Part shown: positions 59,991 through 64,000 of the stretch, in pieces | How the letters are laid out: the number at the start of each line of letters is the position of its first letter | Numbering within the stretch: position 1 is the first letter of the stretch | Source: Candidatus Latescibacterota bacterium | Lineage (GTDB): Bacteria; Latescibacterota; UBA2968; GCA-2709665 | Reading direction: 5' to 3' | Assembly (NCBI GenBank): GCA_965248435.1 | Contig: OZ252100.1 | Coordinates: forward strand, 864,001-928,000 | Length of the DNA: 64,000 nucleotides | Notes under the pieces: model-generated | Databases searched by the model: none | What the model saw: only the letters and a program-made list of their open reading frames with translations | What the model was told of the DNA's origin: nothing | Translations under genes and position numbers: made by a program

Positions 59991-60801
59991 TCCGCAAAGC
60001 AATAAAGTGCTTAGAATAATCGAAGCCAGAAAGAGTAGCCTCGGTGAGGGCGAACCCTACATCATGTATCCGCATGGCATATCAGCTTACGGGGACAGAA
60101 TGGTTGTCACGTCAACGATTCACCCCGATCTCGCCACCGGAGTCGGAAATGCGGTCACCGTTATCGACTTGAATACGTTTGCACCGATAGAAATAATTAC
60201 GATTGAAGATGCGCAACCGGTAGGTTTTCCCTCCTCTCCGGTTGAGGTGTTATTTCTGCGACCAAGTATCGTTGCGGACATTGAGCCGAGCGTGTTGGTT
60301 AATACTATGTTCGGGTTTGAAACCTGGAAGATACCCTATAACGAGTCTGATAAATCATTTGGAGATCCAGAAATTATCTATGCTGGCGTTGATCAAGGAA
60401 CAGGTGTACCACTCGAATTTTATGGCAATGAAACGGAATTGTTTGTCAGCCATGCAATTCCTGGCGTAGTTAAGAGATACCAACTATCGAGTCTTCCGAA
60501 TTTGGTTTCCTCTGGCCCCGATCTTGAATCAGGCCTGGGGGCACATCATATGATTTTCTATGCCACCAAATCAGACAGGCAGGTCATTGCGATACAAAAC
60601 AACCTGCTAAATCTGGGAAATGCGGCTGACAATGACCCGACTGATCTGGATTTCATTGCCAAGGTGAATGATCACACGATCACTGTTCATGACCTTAAAA
60701 CCAGTGAGAAGTTGGCGACAGTCAACTTCAAAGAGAGGTATGGCAAAGGAGTAGATAATGTTGAATCCCTCTTTGGCTCGGGATTCGTGCATCATCATTA
60801 G
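59990..60801 (+). CDS. YncE-like beta-propeller protein, His-rich, 5' truncated
   Basis: YIMYPHGIS, SSPVEVLF, GVPLEFY, GAHHMIF, IQNNLLNL and C-terminal FVHHH. Confidence 0.6.
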
Positions 60802-60878
60802 ACTGTCTGTCCAAGCGGAAGACTGTCCGTCCGCCAGGAATTCTTTGATTGTAAAATGATTCAGAGCGCACTAGTCAA

Positions 60879-60915
60879 AAGCCCATGTTTGAGCTCACCA
60901 CTCAAACATGGGCTT
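60879..60915. terminator. 15-bp perfect stem-loop
   Basis: AAGCCCATGTTTGAG-CTCACCA-CTCAAACATGGGCTT. Confidence 0.6.
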
Positions 60916-60961
60916 CGAGTTTCGGTGACTTATTGAGTAGGGTATTGACGAACGCGTTGCC

Positions 60962-62071
60962 GTGAAGAAATCACTCTCAATAAGTGCAATAATCATCGCC
61001 GTTATGGTGGTGGGCGGTTATGTCTATATTGAAACACAATTCAATCGGCCCACGCCTATCACCAACTTCTCTGCGCCCTTTGTTTTTGGCCGGTTTCGCG
61101 TTCCAGAAGATAACCCATTAACCGATGAAGCAGTCGAACTGGGCAGGAGACTATTTTACGATGTCCGCCTGTCTGGGAATAATGAAGTTTCCTGCGCTAC
61201 CTGTCACGTGCAGCAGCTGGCGTTCACTGATGGTAGAAAGACGGCGGTAAGCGCTTCCGGAGAAGCGCTGGCGTTTAATAGCATGGGCCTGGCAAACCTG
61301 ATGTGGGGTCCGCGGCATTTCTTCTGGAACGGTCGCGTGACTTCATTGGAAGCGCAAGCTCTTGTCCCAATACAGGCTGACGAAATGGGTCAGGATCTAG
61401 CGGAGCTTGTTGATGAACTAAAGGCAGATGCTCAATATGTAGCACTATTCAAGAAAGCCTATGGGAGCATCACGGATGATCATATCGCCAAGGCGCTGGC
61501 CTCTTTTCAGCGCACACTGATCTCTTCAGATTCAAAATACGACAAATACTTGCGTGGAGAAGCCGCTCTGACCGTGCAGGAAAACCTGGGCAGGAAACTA
61601 TTCATGGCTCATCCTGATGTAAAGGCCAGTTTACGGGGTGCCAATTGTATTGATTGTCATAGTCAATTTCTGACCAGCGGTTTCAACACGCAGTATGACG
61701 GTTTTTCCAACAATGGCCTGGACAGTGAAGAGAACTTATTGACCGGACTGGAAGATGTTACTCAGAACCCGGCACATCGAGGCCTTTTCAAAGTCCCTAC
61801 TTTAAGAAATATTGCTCTAACGGCGCCCTACATGCACGACGGTAGATTCGCCACCCTGGAAGAGGTTCTGGATCACTATAACGAGGGCATAAAATTGAGC
61901 AGTACACTTAGTCCACTAATAGCGGAAGCCGACAATTTAATAAAAGGAGCGAATACACAGCCGAGTCTTAATCTAACCGAAAATGAAAAAGGCGCAGTTA
62001 TAGCCTTCCTGCACACGCTGACGGATCAGAAGTTTATCGCGGCTGAGAAGTTTTCAAACCCATTCGAATAG
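60962..62071 (+). CDS. Di-heme cytochrome c peroxidase family (MbnH/MauG-like)
   Basis: LGRRLFYD.RLS, CATCH, FFWNGR, CIDCH and FKVPTLRNIALTAPYMHDG motifs. Confidence 0.9.
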   Translation: MKKSLSISAIIIAVMVVGGYVYIETQFNRPTPITNFSAPFVFGRFRVPEDNPLTDEAVELGRRLFYDVRLSGNNEVSCATCHVQQLAFTDGRKTAVSASGEALAFNSMGLANLMWGPRHFFWNGRVTSLEAQALVPIQADEMGQDLAELVDELKADAQYVALFKKAYGSITDDHIAKALASFQRTLISSDSKYDKYLRGEAALTVQENLGRKLFMAHPDVKASLRGANCIDCHSQFLTSGFNTQYDGFSNNGLDSEENLLTGLEDVTQNPAHRGLFKVPTLRNIALTAPYMHDGRFATLEEVLDHYNEGIKLSSTLSPLIAEADNLIKGANTQPSLNLTENEKGAVIAFLHTLTDQKFIAAEKFSNPFE

Positions 62072-62075
62072 TCAT

Positions 62076-62816
62076 ATGGCAATAACCGTCCAAAGGAAGT
62101 ATTTACTAATAGCATCGATTATTTTGGCATCATTGCTGCTTACTGTTTCCTATTCCTTACTAACCACGCGTTCCACGGAAACGGTAAACCTGCATTTCGA
62201 AGCAGTTGTCGGCGGCGATCCAGTCGTATTCGACCAACTTCGGTATTCTAATCCAGGCGGCGAAGGTCAATTTAAGATACGAAGTTTCCTGTTTTATCTA
62301 AGCAATGTTACGTTAATCGGCGATTCGGAAAATTATATCGAAGCAGATAGCTATCATCTTGCGCGCTTCGACAATGGTAACAACGCCTTCACGATTGAAC
62401 TGAGTGACGTTCCCAGACAAAGATACAAAAGGATCGAATTCTCCATTGGAGTGGACGAAACGGCCAACAATTCGATCAAACCGATTGGAGATCTGGATCC
62501 GAATAGTCGTATGGCCTGGAGCTGGGATTTTGGTTATAAGTTCGTTCTCTTCGAAGGAGGACTCTATCTGAATGAAGCACTGCACCCCCTCGTCTACCAC
62601 GTTGGCTTTGATGAGAACTACAAATCTATGGCGTTCAATCTGGACCAAGCCCATAATGAGGGTCGGCTGAAATCGGCTTACTTCAAAGTAGATATCATGC
62701 GGCTCTTCACGGGGGCTACCACAATCGATATGGCCGAATTATCGACGGTGAAGTTTGATACACTAGATGCCCAAGTAATAGCCAACAATTACGCAAAAAT
62801 GATCGCCTTGAAATAA
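62076..62816 (+). CDS. MbnP-family copper-binding protein
   Basis: FYLSNV, F.IGVD..AN, GDLDP..RMAWSWDFGYKF (WxW motif) and YHVG; adjacent to the di-heme enzyme. Confidence 0.82.
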   Translation: MAITVQRKYLLIASIILASLLLTVSYSLLTTRSTETVNLHFEAVVGGDPVVFDQLRYSNPGGEGQFKIRSFLFYLSNVTLIGDSENYIEADSYHLARFDNGNNAFTIELSDVPRQRYKRIEFSIGVDETANNSIKPIGDLDPNSRMAWSWDFGYKFVLFEGGLYLNEALHPLVYHVGFDENYKSMAFNLDQAHNEGRLKSAYFKVDIMRLFTGATTIDMAELSTVKFDTLDAQVIANNYAKMIALK

Positions 62817-63024
62817 TGGTGTTTGGCTTTTTCCTCTGAACGGTAGCCCATCTCGTACAGCCCAGATAACGGCCTCAAACCCAATTTACTTGCTCGACCC
62901 CGCATTCATCGGCAGATGAATTTTCATCGGGCGCTCGGTCGTCAGGCAGAATTCTGCCGTTTTGGCACAGGTGAATCGTCGCCTGTCATCTAAGGTTGAC
63001 GTGCCGAACTAAGGAGGAAAAATT

Positions 63025-63597
63025 ATGTCCAATTGGTTGAAGGTTGTGGCCGCAGCGGTTCTAGGCGCGCTCGGATCATTCGCTCTTTTGCAATACATGC
63101 ACGGCAGAGAGATTCAGAAGGTGCAAGATGGTGCTGTAGCCATTACTCGTGGGCCAGGCGAGGGGGCCTGGGTTCGGTGGGTGCCTGGGCATAAAATTAT
63201 AGCCAAGGCTGATGCAAAAGAGACGGCCAGCGCCTACTCGCTGTTGGAGACGCTGATGCCAGGTGAAGGACCTCCACAGCACATCCACAAAAATGAAGAC
63301 GAAGCATTTTATCTTTTGGAAGGTGAGGTGGGCGTCAAGAGAGGGGAAGAGACTATGCACGCGTCTCCCGGAACCTACGTTATGATTCCAAAAGGGACAA
63401 TTCATACAGTATGGAGCACTGGGTCGACCCCGGTTAAGATTCTGGCGATTTTGTCACCGCCGGGATTCGAGGAATACTTCCTTGAGACTGGGATGGAAGA
63501 CAGAGAACCAGATAAGGCCGCCTACATTGAGAAGGCAATGACCGTTTCTGAGAAATACAACCTAGAAATCGTGGGGCCCCCACTTTCTGCCCAGTAG
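63025..63597 (+). CDS. Cupin domain protein with N-terminal membrane anchor
   Basis: GPPQHIHKNEDEAFYLLEG, IPKGTIH and SPPGFEEYF motifs; RBS AAGGAGG. Confidence 0.88.
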   Translation: MSNWLKVVAAAVLGALGSFALLQYMHGREIQKVQDGAVAITRGPGEGAWVRWVPGHKIIAKADAKETASAYSLLETLMPGEGPPQHIHKNEDEAFYLLEGEVGVKRGEETMHASPGTYVMIPKGTIHTVWSTGSTPVKILAILSPPGFEEYFLETGMEDREPDKAAYIEKAMTVSEKYNLEIVGPPLSAQ

Positions 63598-63813
63598 CCC
63601 CTCTTCGCGAATGCCTTTCTATAGAGACACTTACTTAGTCTGAACTCAAGTACCTATTCTCCATCAGATCGTCACTTCGACCGCTCAGCTTGATGTCGCT
63701 GCATAGCCTCCTGCGACCTCTACATTCCTCTGTGCGAGCAACACCGCCGATTCTCGAAACTGAGATTCCACATCGCTAGGCAGCTCCAGCGCATGAAGAT
63801 TTCTCGCCACAAC

Positions 63814-63841
63814 CCAATATTCCACGCGCGTGGAATATTGG
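63814..63841. repeat. Perfect 28-bp palindrome
   Basis: CCAATATTCCACGC|GCGTGGAATATTGG. Confidence 0.85.
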
Positions 63842-64000
63842 TCTAAATGAAAAGGCCTCCGCTATTTTGACATAAGCCCTTGTTTATTATGCTGATGACC
63901 TTCTGACAGAGCCGTGCTCCGCACTCAAATTTCGCCCGCTTTCAACACTGCTCTGGCGAACCCCGAGCGGCTGACAGTGCTACCTCCTGATGGGCCAGCG

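Noticed and set aside
62820-63020. Integron attC site before the cupin gene
   Set aside because: No convincing RYYYAAC/GTTRRRY pair with internal symmetry.

Overview
About 53.7 kb of coherent, moderately GC-rich bacterial chromosome followed by a mosaic tail. FlgD-Ig/PNPFN C-terminal domains and tandem GWxTD proteins suggest an FCB-group organism such as Ca. Latescibacterota (inference). The main block holds: a truncated xanthine-dehydrogenase-family gene, an HgcC-like AbrB regulator with arsM, a REP-flanked vapBC, an ABC-F gene and putA. It also holds a 24-kb minus-strand surface-protein locus: a Ser/Thr-kinase/AAA/GAF/His-kinase, a sigma54 activator, a sigma54 promoter, a receiver protein, a 4289-aa adhesin and a frameshifted SBBP protein. 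After that come an APC permease, glcDF, a GNAT, two GWxTD genes, a previously uncalled 51-aa ORF behind a sigma28-like promoter, a GT4, rhaB and a DoxX-thioredoxin gene. Intergenic DNA is rich in REPs, heptamer/octamer inverted arrays and a two-copy structured element with intrastrand-triplex potential. From about 53.75 kb there are abrupt junctions: a diverged ~850-bp duplication flanks a very GC-rich insert plus an IS3 end, then a low-GC block carries a His-rich YncE-like propeller, mbnH, mbnP and a cupin. These junctions may be assembly chimeras. No rRNA, tRNA or CRISPR array was recognised. All family assignments come from motif recognition by eye, not from database searches.
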